Shown: positions 50,809 to 61,601, numbered from the stretch's first letter. The stretch: 64,000 bases of DNA from Candidatus Hydrogenedentota bacterium (GCA_963668025.2 CAXXTH010000010.1:640001-704000); one strand, 5' to 3'. Notes: generated by a model not told the origin, from the letters alone. Made by a program: numbers and translations.

Positions 50809-50824
50809 AGCAAGCGCAATGCCA
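50809..50824 (-). promoter_or_regulatory. Sigma54 -24/-12 promoter for HK-kdpFABC-kdpD'
   Basis: TGGCATTGCGCTTGCT matches TGGCAC-N5-TTGCW. Confidence 0.75.
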
Positions 50825-50913
50825 ATACGGAAATAAAAAAATGCCCCCAAAGAGGGCATTTTCAAGGAATTGAACCGGGCGCACGTTGCAATCTTAAAGG
50901 AACATCTCAGGAT

Positions 50914-50934
50914 TGCCTTGCATTATGCAAGGCA
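50914..50934. promoter_or_regulatory. Palindromic putative activator (UAS) site
   Basis: tgccttgcat-t-atgcaaggca perfect palindrome about 100 bp upstream of the sigma54 promoter. Confidence 0.55.
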
Positions 50935-50953
50935 TTTTGACTCGCGAAAGGAT

Positions 50954-52309
50954 TCATATTTCGTATTGCTTGCGCTTGCGCCAAAGCGTCGCTTGATCGA
51001 TACCAAGCGTATCGGCGGCTTCTTGCAAGGTCTTGGCCGTGGCAAGAACCCGGCGGATATGACGTTCCTCCACCTCCTGTAACGTGAGCCGTTCATCCGA
51101 TTTGTCGTGCGACTGAATACTGGTAATAACTTCGGGCAAGTAATGTATGCCGATAATATTGCTTGTAGCCAAAATACTCGCACGCTCAACGACGTTTCGC
51201 AATTCTCGGAGGTTGCCCGGCCATGGATACAGCGTCAGCGCTTCTTTTACCTCTTCCGAAAAACCATGAAACGTACGATGATGTGTCTTTCCGAAAAACG
51301 CCAGTAAATGTTCCGCTAACGGGACGATATCTTCCTGCCGTTCGTGCAATGCAGGCATCACAAGCTGCACAACATTCAAGCGGTAAAATAGATCCTCGCG
51401 GAATCGCCTTTCTTTCACGGCCTGTTCGAGATCAACGTTCGTCGCCGCCAGAAGCCGCACATCTTCCGTACGTGTCCGATAATCGCCGACCCGCTCATAT
51501 TCCCGGTCTTGAATAAAGCGAAGCAATTTTGGCTGTAATGACAACGGCAAATCACCGATCTCATCCAACAGCAGCGTCCCGCTTTCACACGCGGCAATCC
51601 GCCCTGGATTGTCCCCCACAGCCCCCGTAAAAGCCCCCTTGACATGGCCGAACAACTCACTTTCCAACAGCTCCGCCGGTAACGAAGGACATGAAACCAC
51701 GCCCAGTGGCTTCGAAGACCGTTTGCTCCAGCTATGAATCGCTCGGGCTAAAATGCCCTTGCCTGTCCCGCTTTCGCCGCGAATCAAAATCGTCACATCC
51801 GAACCGGCCACCTGCCGGGCCAGATCGAGCACGCGCTGCATGGATGGCGCCCGCGTCGTAAGGTTCACCTCCGGATTGATCCTCTTAAAATCTTCCTGCA
51901 ACGCGGCTAGGCGCTGCTCCAAAAGACGCACCTTTGACGCCTTTTCCACCGCCATCCGCACCTGTTCGGGCGTGAACGGCTTCGGAATATAATCCGCCGC
52001 GCCGCGACGTATCGCCTCAACCGCCGTATCAATGGACGCATACGCCGTAATCACAATAATTTTGAGCCAAGGCGAAGACGCCAGCAACGCAGGAATCAGC
52101 TCCATCCCGCTTGCAGTGCCCAATCGCAAATCGACAAAGGCGGCATCGAATGAACGCCGCCCTGCTTCCGTAAGTGCGTCTTGAAAATTACTTACGCCAA
52201 CCACATTATGCCCATCCGTTTCCAGGCATATCGAAAGCGTCTTGCGGATATTTATTTCGTCATCTACAACCAGAATTTTCAAAACAGCATTGCCTTGCTC
52301 CGTGTTCAT
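50954..52309 (-). CDS. Sigma54-dependent response regulator (NtrC family)
   Basis: REC, GESGTGK, ESELFGHVKGAFTGA, WPGNLREL, Fis-type HTH. Confidence 0.95.
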   Translation of the reverse strand: MNTEQGNAVLKILVVDDEINIRKTLSICLETDGHNVVGVSNFQDALTEAGRRSFDAAFVDLRLGTASGMELIPALLASSPWLKIIVITAYASIDTAVEAIRRGAADYIPKPFTPEQVRMAVEKASKVRLLEQRLAALQEDFKRINPEVNLTTRAPSMQRVLDLARQVAGSDVTILIRGESGTGKGILARAIHSWSKRSSKPLGVVSCPSLPAELLESELFGHVKGAFTGAVGDNPGRIAACESGTLLLDEIGDLPLSLQPKLLRFIQDREYERVGDYRTRTEDVRLLAATNVDLEQAVKERRFREDLFYRLNVVQLVMPALHERQEDIVPLAEHLLAFFGKTHHRTFHGFSEEVKEALTLYPWPGNLRELRNVVERASILATSNIIGIHYLPEVITSIQSHDKSDERLTLQEVEERHIRRVLATAKTLQEAADTLGIDQATLWRKRKQYEI

Positions 52310-52565
52310 TTTTATCTCTCTCGGTTTAGAAAAACTAAAACAGAGAATATCATAACAAGATATAAAAACGATGATTTCATGGCGCTCTGGTCCTTTACCC
52401 GCACTTATGCGCGGTATGAAATATCCCCTGTCTGGCCCGCTCTTTTATCAATGGCCATATAATATCATCCCCTTCAAAAGAAAGGGCAAATCTAGAAAAT
52501 CTAGGACAAATGATAGCAGGCTTTTTAGGTGTGGTCCGATTTTGGTCCAAAGAGGCATTTTGATA

Positions 52566-52604
52566 GAAAAAAGGGCTTACGAATATTCGTAAGCCCTTTA
52601 TTTT
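52566..52604. terminator. Palindromic terminator-like hairpin; group IIC intron target
   Basis: aaagggcttacgaatattcgtaagcccttt + atttt immediately before GTGCG. Confidence 0.8.
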
Positions 52605-54485
52605 GTGCGCCCGGCAGGGCGCGTTTACTTGAGGGTGCAAGTCCCTTACAGGCCTGATAGGAGGAACTGTTAGCCGGACGGCAAGGGTGTCCACCTTGAG
52701 GTGGAATCTGAAGGAAGCCGCAGGCAAAGCACTGGCCCGACGAACAGGAATCGCATAGGAGGCGGACATGCTGGGTGAGAAGGCAAATAGATTCAAAGCC
52801 CGAATCCTATCCGGAAAGCATGGACGTAGATGCGGCGGGTATAAGTGTGAAGGTGAACGCGCATTACCCGGGGAGATCTGCGTGTCCCCCACAGGGCAAG
52901 ACGCTCATCGAGCGTTGAGAGACATGCAGAAGTCAGCCGAGGGCATAGTAGGTTCATCGACCGGACTGAAGGCCCGAACGTGGATTGCGGTAAGGAGAAC
53001 TGGACTTTCGATGAGATCAGGAGACGCAGACCGATGGGCTGCAATGCCCGGAGCCACCCCGGCGGGTAGCGGACGGAATCCGCGAGAGGAAGGGGCAGGC
53101 GCGTCAAAGGTCACGGCAGGTTCGGAAGGCTCCAAGCCAGAGGTGACGGAGTTGATGGAAGCGGTGGTCGAACGCGAGAACATGAGGACGGCGCTGCGTC
53201 GAGTACAGGTGAACAAAGGTGCTGCGGGCGTGGATGGCATGACCGTGGAGGAATTGACGCCTTACCTCAAGACGCAATGGCCGGGCATCAAAGAGGCGCT
53301 GTTGGCAGGACGGTATGAACCGAGTCCGGTACGCGGGGTAGAAATCCCGAAACCGGACGGGAAAGGGGTGCGGCAGCTGGGCATCCCGACGGTGTTAGAC
53401 CGGCTTATCCAACAAGCGCTGCATCAGGTGTTGCAACCGCTCTTTGACCCGAACTTTTCCGAGTGGAGCTATGGTTTCCGTCCGGGCCGCGACGCCCATC
53501 AGGCGGTGCGCCAAGCACAAGCCTATGTGAGCGAAGGCCGGCGCTGGGTGGTGGACATGGACTTGGAGAAGTTCTTTGACCGAGTGAACCACGACATCTT
53601 GATGTCGCGGGTGGCCCGCCGGGTCAAAGACAAACGGGTGCTCCGGCTCATTCGGAGCTACCTTCAAGCAGGCATCATGGAAGGCGGATTGGTATCGCAG
53701 CGCACGGAAGGTACGCCGCAGGGCGGACCGCTTTCGCCGCTGCTGTCCAACATCCTGCTGGATGACTTGGACAAGGAACTGGAACGTCGGGGCCATGCCT
53801 TCTGCCGCTACGCCGACGACTGCAACATCTACGTGCAGTCCAAGCACGCGGGAGAACGTGTGCTGGCCTCACTGACCCGGTTCCTCCATGAGCGGCTCAA
53901 ACTCCGGGTTAACTCGGACAAGAGCGCCGTGGACCGTCCGTGGAACCGAAAATTCCTGGGCTACAGCATGACGCCCCACCACGAGCCGCGACTCAAAGTC
54001 GCGTCCAAGAGTGTGGAACGCTTCAAGGCCAAGCTCAGGATACTTTTCCTGCACGGACGCGGTCGAAACCTCCAGCGGTTCATCCAAGAACTCGCGCCCG
54101 TGTTGCGTGGCTGGGTGAACTACTTCCGGCTGGCCCAGGTGAAGGGACTCTTCGAGGAATTGGACCAGTGGATTCGGCGTAAGCTGCGCGGTCTCCTCTG
54201 GCGACGGTGGAAACGCGTCTACACACGAGCAAAAAACCTGATGAAACGGGGATTGGACGAGAAACGTGCGTGGAAGTCCGCCACCAACGGACACGGCCCC
54301 TGGTGGAACGCCGGAGCCTCGCACATGAACGAAGCCTTCCCCAAGAAGTACTTCGATGAACTTGGACTCGTGACACTGCTGGATCAACTGCACAAACTTC
54401 AAGACAAGACACGAACCGCCGTATACGGAACCGTACGTACGGTGGTGTGGGAGGGCGGCGGAGGCGACTCCGCCCCCTACCCGAT
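52605..54485 (+). mobile_element. Group IIC intron no. 1
   Basis: 5' GTGCGCCCGG; DV gaaccgccgtatacggaaccgtacgtacggtggtgt; DVI ending cctacccgat. Confidence 0.93.
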
Positions 54486-54786
54486 GTGTGCCAAGCATGG
54501 CGCGGATCTAAGGGGTGTAAGTCCCCTGCAAGCCCTGATGGTGGGAATTGCTAGCCAAGAGCAAGGGCGTCGCCGCGAGGCGGGGTCTGGAGGAAGCAGG
54601 AGGCAAAAGTCGGACTCGACGCACAGAAACCGGATAGAAGGCCGGGGTGGCGGGGCAAGCCAGCAATGGATGGCGACGCCCAATAACCATTCGGACACAC
54701 ACCTTGGTAAATCCGGCGAGGCCCGGCGGAAAGAGGCGCGTCTTACCTTGGGAGACCTGTTCATCTGTCTGGAAGAGCCAGACTAG
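53011..54786 (+). CDS. ltrA: Group II intron RT/maturase; reads through the intron end
   Basis: NKGAAGVDG, RQLGIPTV, GTPQGGPLSPLL, RYADD; no endonuclease domain; AAGGAG RBS before ATG 53011. Confidence 0.92.
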   Translation: MRSGDADRWAAMPGATPAGSGRNPREEGAGASKVTAGSEGSKPEVTELMEAVVERENMRTALRRVQVNKGAAGVDGMTVEELTPYLKTQWPGIKEALLAGRYEPSPVRGVEIPKPDGKGVRQLGIPTVLDRLIQQALHQVLQPLFDPNFSEWSYGFRPGRDAHQAVRQAQAYVSEGRRWVVDMDLEKFFDRVNHDILMSRVARRVKDKRVLRLIRSYLQAGIMEGGLVSQRTEGTPQGGPLSPLLSNILLDDLDKELERRGHAFCRYADDCNIYVQSKHAGERVLASLTRFLHERLKLRVNSDKSAVDRPWNRKFLGYSMTPHHEPRLKVASKSVERFKAKLRILFLHGRGRNLQRFIQELAPVLRGWVNYFRLAQVKGLFEELDQWIRRKLRGLLWRRWKRVYTRAKNLMKRGLDEKRAWKSATNGHGPWWNAGASHMNEAFPKKYFDELGLVTLLDQLHKLQDKTRTAVYGTVRTVVWEGGGGDSAPYPMCAKHGADLRGVSPLQALMVGIASQEQGRRREAGSGGSRRQKSDSTHRNRIEGRGGGASQQWMATPNNHSDTHLGKSGEARRKEARLTLGDLFICLEEPD

Positions 54787-56379
54787 CGGGATGGCAACAT
54801 GTCGCGAGGGGTGGGCAGGAGTCAGCCGAGGCCATAATACCCGCAAGGGGAAGGGCCGAATCGATCATTCAAGGAGCAGCATTGAACGTCTCGTGGGATA
54901 GGGAGCGGCAGGAAGTAGCAGGTTGCCAGATGGAGTTCCCACTGGAGTCGGCTTGCCACGGCGCAATCGGAGAAGGCGGAACCGAATCGGATGCGTTCGA
55001 GGCGCGGCAACTATTTCCGGCGGCGAACAAGAGGCGAGCCTTGACGCAAGACTTGATGGAACGGGTCGCGAGTCTTGCGAACCTGACGGAAGCGGTACGC
55101 CGGGTGCAACGGAACAAAGGCGCGGCGGGTGCGGACGTCATGAGCGTACGCGACCTGAAGCGTTGGTTTCCGGAACACTGGCGGGGACTGCAAGAGGAAC
55201 TGACGGCAGGGCGCTACCGTCCCCAACCGGTGTTGGGAGTGCAAATCCCCAAGCCGGGCGGGGGGATGCGGCAACTGGGCATTCCGACGGTGGTGGACCG
55301 AGTCGTGCAACAAGCGCTCTTGCAGGCTCTCGAACCGCTTCTAGACCCGGCCTTCTCGGAAAGCAGTTATGGATTTCGTCCAAGGCACAATGCACATCAG
55401 GCGCTGCGGCAAGCCAGCACGTACGTAAGCGAAGGCCGCTGCATTGTTGTGGACATGGACCTGGAAAAATTCTTCGACCGGGTCAACCACGACATCCTGA
55501 TGGCGCGCGTGGCGCGGCACGTGTCAGACAAACGCGTACTCCGACTCATCCGCTGGTTTCTTGAAGTGGGCATGATGCAGAACGGCGTATGCATCGAACG
55601 ATACGAAGGGACCCCGCAAGGCGGTCCTCTATCGCCGCTGCTGGCCAACCTGCTCTTGGACGACCTGGACAAGGAGTTGGAGAAACGAGGGCATCGTTTT
55701 TGCCGCTATGCGGACGACTGCAACATTTACGTGCAGACGATACGCGCGGGAGAACGTGTCCTGACATCGGTCACGCAGTTCCTTGAGGGGAAGCTGAAAC
55801 TACGGGTGAACCGCGAGAAGAGCGCGGTGGCGTTCGTGGGAGAGCGGAAATTTTTGGGTTATCGCTTGCTGGGTGGGGGGCGATTGGGCATCGCGCCCAA
55901 GAGCCTCGACCGGGCGAAAGACCGCATCCGCGACATCACGCGACGCAACCGCGGCGACGCCAAAGTGCGCCAGATGATTGAGGAGCTCAACAGCTTCCTG
56001 AGCGGCTGGATAACCTACTATCGGTTTGCCGAAGCAAAGGGCCATCTGGAACGCCTCGGGGAATGGATGCGGCGCAAACTGCGCTGCGTCATCCTCAAAC
56101 GCCTCAAGCGCACGAAAACCATAGCGGACTTCCTTAGAAAACTAGGCGTGCCGCAATTTCAGGCATGGATACTCGCAGGGTCCGGGAAGGGCTGGTGGCG
56201 CAAAGCGGGGAGTCCTCCCGCGCAACACGCCATGGACAAACAATGGTTCGCGAAACAAAAACTGATAGACCCGGTTCAACGGTACGAAACGTTCAAAAAT
56301 GACCGAAACCGCCGTGGTACCGAGCAGGTATGCCCGGTGGTGTGAGAGGGGGGGACCGTGAGGAACCCCCCTACTCGAT
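54486..56379 (+). mobile_element. Group IIC intron no. 2
   Basis: 5' GTGTGCCAAGCATGGCG directly after intron 1; DV aaccgccgtggtaccgagcaggtatgcccggtggtgt; DVI ending cctactcgat. Confidence 0.93.
54882..56345 (+). CDS. ltrA: Group II intron RT/maturase
   Basis: RQLGIPTV, GTPQGGPLSPLL, RYADD; AAGGAG RBS before TTG. Confidence 0.93.
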   Translation: MNVSWDRERQEVAGCQMEFPLESACHGAIGEGGTESDAFEARQLFPAANKRRALTQDLMERVASLANLTEAVRRVQRNKGAAGADVMSVRDLKRWFPEHWRGLQEELTAGRYRPQPVLGVQIPKPGGGMRQLGIPTVVDRVVQQALLQALEPLLDPAFSESSYGFRPRHNAHQALRQASTYVSEGRCIVVDMDLEKFFDRVNHDILMARVARHVSDKRVLRLIRWFLEVGMMQNGVCIERYEGTPQGGPLSPLLANLLLDDLDKELEKRGHRFCRYADDCNIYVQTIRAGERVLTSVTQFLEGKLKLRVNREKSAVAFVGERKFLGYRLLGGGRLGIAPKSLDRAKDRIRDITRRNRGDAKVRQMIEELNSFLSGWITYYRFAEAKGHLERLGEWMRRKLRCVILKRLKRTKTIADFLRKLGVPQFQAWILAGSGKGWWRKAGSPPAQHAMDKQWFAKQKLIDPVQRYETFKNDRNRRGTEQVCPVV

Positions 56380-56577
56380 TTTACAGCCTCGGAATTACAT
56401 CGGGACACCACAAAGTGGTTTAAAACTGAATGTAACAAATGGATTCTCCTTCTCCGTGACATGGGTGATACGCCTATGTCACAACATTCAAAATGGACTT
56501 GGAGCTGTACAGTGCGATGAGCGCCGTATCATTGCATACAATTTATAATCGCTCTAGCGTGGTTTTCTGGCATCTTC

Positions 56578-56606
56578 TTGACAAAATAAGCATTACTGTG
56601 TAGCTT
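56578..56606 (+). promoter_or_regulatory. Putative sigma70 promoter
   Basis: TTGACA-17 nt-TAGCTT. Confidence 0.45.
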
Positions 56607-56819
56607 AATGCATAAATACGCACAAATGTGTTCGAGGGATCATTCGGCTAGTCATTTGGCATATGCTCCGTTTTCAGTACTTACGGTGGAGTCAAATGAG
56701 GTGAGGGTGGAACACAGGCAGCCTGGATCCATCTACGAGTTGTAGGGATTGATGCATGATTGAGGCGATTCTTCCGCGAAGGTGGTGTTTCGCCACGAGG
56801 GGAGAGGAGAATTGATGCG

Positions 56820-59282
56820 ATGCTCTTAAAACTAGCCACCAATAATCTCCAATGGTTCAGTGGTCTTTTTCGAGTGGCGCTGGCTGGAATTGCACTGTTC
56901 GGTGCAATTTTTCCCATCGCCGTCCGTGCAGAGGAGTCCGGGAAAATGCTCGTGGCAACCAAAGATCCGAATACTTCCGAAGTCGTGCTGGGTAACGATA
57001 TCGTCCGAGTTCGTTTCCCGTGGAAATCGGCCCGTTTTGAAAAATTTCCTAATGGCTACACTGGATACACCCTCGAAATGTACAAGGACGGCCAATGGGC
57101 GCCGATGGCCGTTGCTCCTTATTTTTCGTCATTTTCTTACCGTTCCGGCTGGGGCCGCGACTGGCTTCACTATGTCATTCCTCGGACGGTCGAGGTTTCG
57201 CAAGACGCCGGGTATGCCCGCGTGGTGTTCAAGGAAACCATGGCGGATCTGGACCGCGTGCCCTGGCGGTTCGAATTCACTTTCGAGGTCCGGCCCGGCG
57301 CGCCTTATATTGAAACCACCTATACTGCGACGGTCGACGGCAAGTGCGAGGTGTTGTTATTTGATGGGCCACGGCTGCATGTAGGAGAAGGCGCTTTTGG
57401 CGGCGCGCGGGAAGAGGCGCTCTTCCCTGGCATCGAGTATCTGCAACACGAGGAACGCTCGAGCGACATGGATGCGATGGGCCCCGGCGCACGCTTGCAT
57501 ATGACGCCACTCCCCTCGCAAATCACGATACCTCTGATGGCGATTTACAATGAAGGATGCGTGGCTGGCCTCATGTGGGATCCAATGAAGCCTTGGCATG
57601 GCGATAAAACCTGTCCCAGTGCGCTGTTCGCGTCCCCCAACTGGCTGGAAAACGAATCCAACCATCTGCTGGGGCTTTTCCTGCCCAGCGCGCCTGATTA
57701 TGTGCCCGAGAATGGCGTTCGCGCGCATATTCCTTTAGTGTTGGAGGCGGGTGAAACGATGCGCATGGAGGCTTCTTTATTTGCAGCGCCAGCGTCATCG
57801 GTCATGGATGCCGTGGAACTGTGGCTGAAGAAACGCGGCGGTTTGCCGGAGCCCACGAAACCGCCCTGTTCTTATCGGGAACATGTCGCGAAACAGGTTC
57901 AGATCCTTGTAGACGATGCCTGGGACAAAGAGGGCAAAGGATGGCCTTGGGAATATGGCGGTGATGCTACATTTCATCCGACGATAGCCACCGTACTCGC
58001 CAAGTCACTGCCATTCATAGATGACAAGGAACTCGAGAAGCGCGCACGCGAACGGATTCAGGTGGTCGCCAAAGACACCGCCTATCTGCCGCTGGCGTTT
58101 CGTTGGGGCAACCTTGCACGGGCCGTTGAAGTGCAACGGGCAAGCGCTCAAGCTCTTATCGACGCACAGGCCGAAGACGGCTCCTGGGGATATCACCAGT
58201 CGGAAACCGCCGAACTGGGATTACTAGGCTTAATGGGCCCCCCTGAACCAGGCTACATCGCAGAGGAGGGACAGCGCTCCCAAGGAATTACTGCGGGCAA
58301 AACCGCATCTTTGCTCGAATATGCGTTGTTGGCGAATGATCCGGCGGCGCTTGCTGCGGGACTGCGCGGCATCGAGGACATGAACCGGTATACCGTGCCC
58401 TATGTGTATGACAATGACGAATGCCCGCCATCGCCGTCGTTGCATGGTTCCTATTTCGGTATGCGGGCTTGTTTGATTGCCTACCGGATGACGCAAGATA
58501 AGGCCTATCTGGACCAAGCCAGGAAATGGGCGATGACGGGGCTTCCCTTTGTGTATCTCTGGAGCTTTGGCCCGCGGAATGTCGACTTTGGCCAAGTCCA
58601 TACAGCGGAGAAACACTTTGTAAGGGGCAATGAGCTATATGAAAACACTGAGCGGGATCCCATGCTTTATGGGGCGCTGTACGGATATGGCTCCAGCCAG
58701 TATATGCACCATTGGTACGGCTTATTGGTCCAATGGATAGGCCTAAAGTATGCCGAAGATCTTGTCCGCATGGCCAAATACGATTCATCTTTCCCATGGG
58801 AAACCCTCAGTGAAGGTCTTGTGTCGAGCGGGATGTGGCAGACCTTTGATGTAAAGCCGTTCGCCGGGTACTTTCCCGATGCCTTTAGCGTCGAGCGATG
58901 GGCGCCCAGTGGGCCTGCTTTCTCACCCGCTTGGCTGCTAAACACCATCCTTTTGTGTGGCTTTGATGTTCAGGACTGGGATACCACCATCGTTCCTCAT
59001 GAAAACGGCAGATTCCATATCACAAGCTCTACAAGCGTAGGAGGCGCTGTCTTTACCGATGGCATGCTTCGATTTACCCTGGATGACCCGGCATGCGCCT
59101 ATGTGAGGGCAGTTGTAACGGATGTGCCGTCCAACTCATCCATAACGGTGGATGGCCAGGCGTTGCAGCAGGTGGAAGACCTCATATCCGTGGAAGAAGG
59201 CTGGCAGCGAACTCCTCAAGGCATTACTTTGATTAAGGTTTGCCAGAAGGAGAAGCCACGCGCCATTGAAATAGCCTCGTAA
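56820..59282 (+). CDS. Large secreted protein, probable carbohydrate-active alpha/alpha-toroid
   Basis: Signal peptide; beta-sandwich N-terminus; QAEDGSW, AYRMTQDKAYLDQARKWA helical repeats. Confidence 0.6.
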   Translation: MLLKLATNNLQWFSGLFRVALAGIALFGAIFPIAVRAEESGKMLVATKDPNTSEVVLGNDIVRVRFPWKSARFEKFPNGYTGYTLEMYKDGQWAPMAVAPYFSSFSYRSGWGRDWLHYVIPRTVEVSQDAGYARVVFKETMADLDRVPWRFEFTFEVRPGAPYIETTYTATVDGKCEVLLFDGPRLHVGEGAFGGAREEALFPGIEYLQHEERSSDMDAMGPGARLHMTPLPSQITIPLMAIYNEGCVAGLMWDPMKPWHGDKTCPSALFASPNWLENESNHLLGLFLPSAPDYVPENGVRAHIPLVLEAGETMRMEASLFAAPASSVMDAVELWLKKRGGLPEPTKPPCSYREHVAKQVQILVDDAWDKEGKGWPWEYGGDATFHPTIATVLAKSLPFIDDKELEKRARERIQVVAKDTAYLPLAFRWGNLARAVEVQRASAQALIDAQAEDGSWGYHQSETAELGLLGLMGPPEPGYIAEEGQRSQGITAGKTASLLEYALLANDPAALAAGLRGIEDMNRYTVPYVYDNDECPPSPSLHGSYFGMRACLIAYRMTQDKAYLDQARKWAMTGLPFVYLWSFGPRNVDFGQVHTAEKHFVRGNELYENTERDPMLYGALYGYGSSQYMHHWYGLLVQWIGLKYAEDLVRMAKYDSSFPWETLSEGLVSSGMWQTFDVKPFAGYFPDAFSVERWAPSGPAFSPAWLLNTILLCGFDVQDWDTTIVPHENGRFHITSSTSVGGAVFTDGMLRFTLDDPACAYVRAVVTDVPSNSSITVDGQALQQVEDLISVEEGWQRTPQGITLIKVCQKEKPRAIEIAS

Positions 59283-59448
59283 AATCCGTTGATTTATTAA
59301 AACAGCTTTGAATGAAAGGGCGCGGTGCTGCACGCGCCCTTTTTCTCATATGCGCCAGGCCGGGCGTTTGGAAGCCGATGATTGCCGATTTCCCCCTTCC
59401 CTTTCCTACATGGTAAGATACTCGCGGTGTTGTAGAAGGGGATTCTCA

Positions 59449-60375
59449 GTGCGTCATCCGTGTTGCTTGATATATGCCGCCCTCATGGCAAGCCTGGTTC
59501 CAGCGTTATGCGCATTCGCGCAAAACGAGAAAGAAACATGGTTCTGTTTGATAGACGGCAAAGGCCTCCTCACCGAGGTGCGGGGCGAGGGCTGGTTTCT
59601 GCGCGGCAATACCGTGACCGGCGACAAGACCTATCCTTTCATCCAGCTTAAACAAATTGAGCGCCTCGCGGAGGACCGCCTGCTGGTGACTTTGGACCCG
59701 GAAGAAGGGGAAAGCGGGACGGAGAAAGAGCAGGAAGAGGTTTTCGCTCCCACTATTGGCTGCGCCGCTTCTTCTTTATATGGCGAGTATTTCACGACAG
59801 ATGGGCTCCGGCATGTCGTTAGCGCCGATGTGCTCTTTAAGACGTATTGTTTCGTCATTATTCATGGGGAATTGAAGTATAATCCCGAGACAAAAAAATA
59901 CTATCCCCCGGATTATGAATATGATCCGTATACACGAAAGCGACTGGTGGAATGGAATCGCGAGCAATCGCCGCTTACGGGGATAAAAGCCGCCCGGGCT
60001 GGCCTTATGGCCATAGCACTGTCGAACTGGATCAACCAAAACGGCCCCATGCGTTCCATCGAGCTGCATGCCCCCCGCCTGCGGGATTCGAGGATGCTTC
60101 ATGATCACCTCGTGGAACTGTTTGGCCGCGATATGGATGAACTCCTTGATGACGCCGTGGCGGAAGCCAAGCGGCGTAAATTGCTTGAAGAAACCGTCGT
60201 GGGAACGGACCTGGATTCCGAGAAGCAATTGCGTTCCACCCAGCAGGAAAAACCCGCATTGGTGGAATCGGTGGAAGAACTGACGCCTGAAGCAGAAGAA
60301 ACCGCACAGACACCGGCGGAAAAGTCCAGAGAAGAGAAACCGCAGGCGGAAGAATCTGGCGCGAGTAAAAAATAA
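59449..60375 (+). CDS. Secreted hypothetical protein
   Basis: Signal peptide, acidic tail, genome-like codon usage. Confidence 0.6.
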   Translation: MRHPCCLIYAALMASLVPALCAFAQNEKETWFCLIDGKGLLTEVRGEGWFLRGNTVTGDKTYPFIQLKQIERLAEDRLLVTLDPEEGESGTEKEQEEVFAPTIGCAASSLYGEYFTTDGLRHVVSADVLFKTYCFVIIHGELKYNPETKKYYPPDYEYDPYTRKRLVEWNREQSPLTGIKAARAGLMAIALSNWINQNGPMRSIELHAPRLRDSRMLHDHLVELFGRDMDELLDDAVAEAKRRKLLEETVVGTDLDSEKQLRSTQQEKPALVESVEELTPEAEETAQTPAEKSREEKPQAEESGASKK

Positions 60376-60539
60376 CCTTAGAAGACGATAGACGGGCAGT
60401 CCAAAAAAGACGAAGAATAAAAGAAACGCCCCTGACTTATATCACGCCATGAAATGATGCGCATGGATATACGCCAGATGATTTTTCGGCGAAAAGGGGC
60501 ATAACACATGGAAATCAGGCATTTGGAGGGAGCGTAGCG

Positions 60540-61601
60540 ATGGGCGTGGTAATGGTGACCGGTTCGGGAGGATTGATAGGCGCGGAAACCGTCCGGCGTT
60601 TCGCACGGGAAGGTTTCACCGTCGTGGGCATCGACAACGACATGCGAGCCTATTTCTTCGGCCCTGAAGGCTCGACGCGCTGGTCGAGCGAACGCTTGTG
60701 CGCGGAACTGCCCAATTTCCGCCATCATGCCGTGGATATCCGGGATTATGCGGCGCTGGAAGGCGTATTCCAGGAATACAAGGGCGATATCCAGCTTATC
60801 GTGCATACCGCCGCGCAGCCGAGCCATGACTGGGCCGCGAAAGAGCCGCTCACGGATTTCGGCGTTAATGCGCTGGGCACGGTGAATATGCTCGAACTGG
60901 CGCGCCTGTACTGCATTGAAGCGCCGTTCATCTTTACTTCGACTAACAAGGTTTATGGCGACACGCCGAACTTGCTGCCGTTAATCGAAATGGACACGCG
61001 CTGGGAGGTGGAGCCTTCCCATCCATATGCGGAATATGGCATTGATGAAACCATGAGCATCGACCAATGCAAGCACTCCGTTTTCGGCGCTTCCAAGGTC
61101 GCGGCGGATGTCATGGTGCAGGAATTTGGCCGGTATTGGGGCATGAAAACCGCCGTATTCCGGGGGGGCTGCTTGACGGGTCCAGGGCACTCCGGCGCGG
61201 AATTGCACGGCTTTTTGTCTTACCTGATGAAGTGCGCCATCACGAAGCGCGAGTACCGCATTTTTGGCTACAAAGGCAAGCAGGTGCGCGACAACATCCA
61301 TTCGTATGACCTTGTCGAGTGTTTCTGGCAGTTCTTCCAAGCGCCCCGCTCGGGCGAAGTGTATAACATGGGGGGGAGCCGGCATAGCAACTGCTCGATG
61401 CAGGAAGCTATCGCCATGTGTGAAGAACTCACCGGCAACAAGATGGTGACGGCTTATGTGGATGATAACCGCATCGGCGATCATATCTGGTGGATTTCGG
61501 ATGTCCGCCGCTTCCAGCAACACTATCCAAGCTGGCAATATCAATATGACATCCATTCGCTGATGAAAGAGATTCACCGGGGATTTGAAGGCCGTCTGTA
61601 A
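60540..61601 (+). CDS. NAD-dependent epimerase (CDP-paratose 2-epimerase-like)
   Basis: [39 protein letters not shown]. Confidence 0.88.
   Translation: MGVVMVTGSGGLIGAETVRRFAREGFTVVGIDNDMRAYFFGPEGSTRWSSERLCAELPNFRHHAVDIRDYAALEGVFQEYKGDIQLIVHTAAQPSHDWAAKEPLTDFGVNALGTVNMLELARLYCIEAPFIFTSTNKVYGDTPNLLPLIEMDTRWEVEPSHPYAEYGIDETMSIDQCKHSVFGASKVAADVMVQEFGRYWGMKTAVFRGGCLTGPGHSGAELHGFLSYLMKCAITKREYRIFGYKGKQVRDNIHSYDLVECFWQFFQAPRSGEVYNMGGSRHSNCSMQEAIAMCEELTGNKMVTAYVDDNRIGDHIWWISDVRRFQQHYPSWQYQYDIHSLMKEIHRGFEGRL

Noticed and set aside
52768-53010. N-terminal extension of the RT ORF
   Set aside because: Lies in ribozyme domains I-III; the RBS points to ATG 53011
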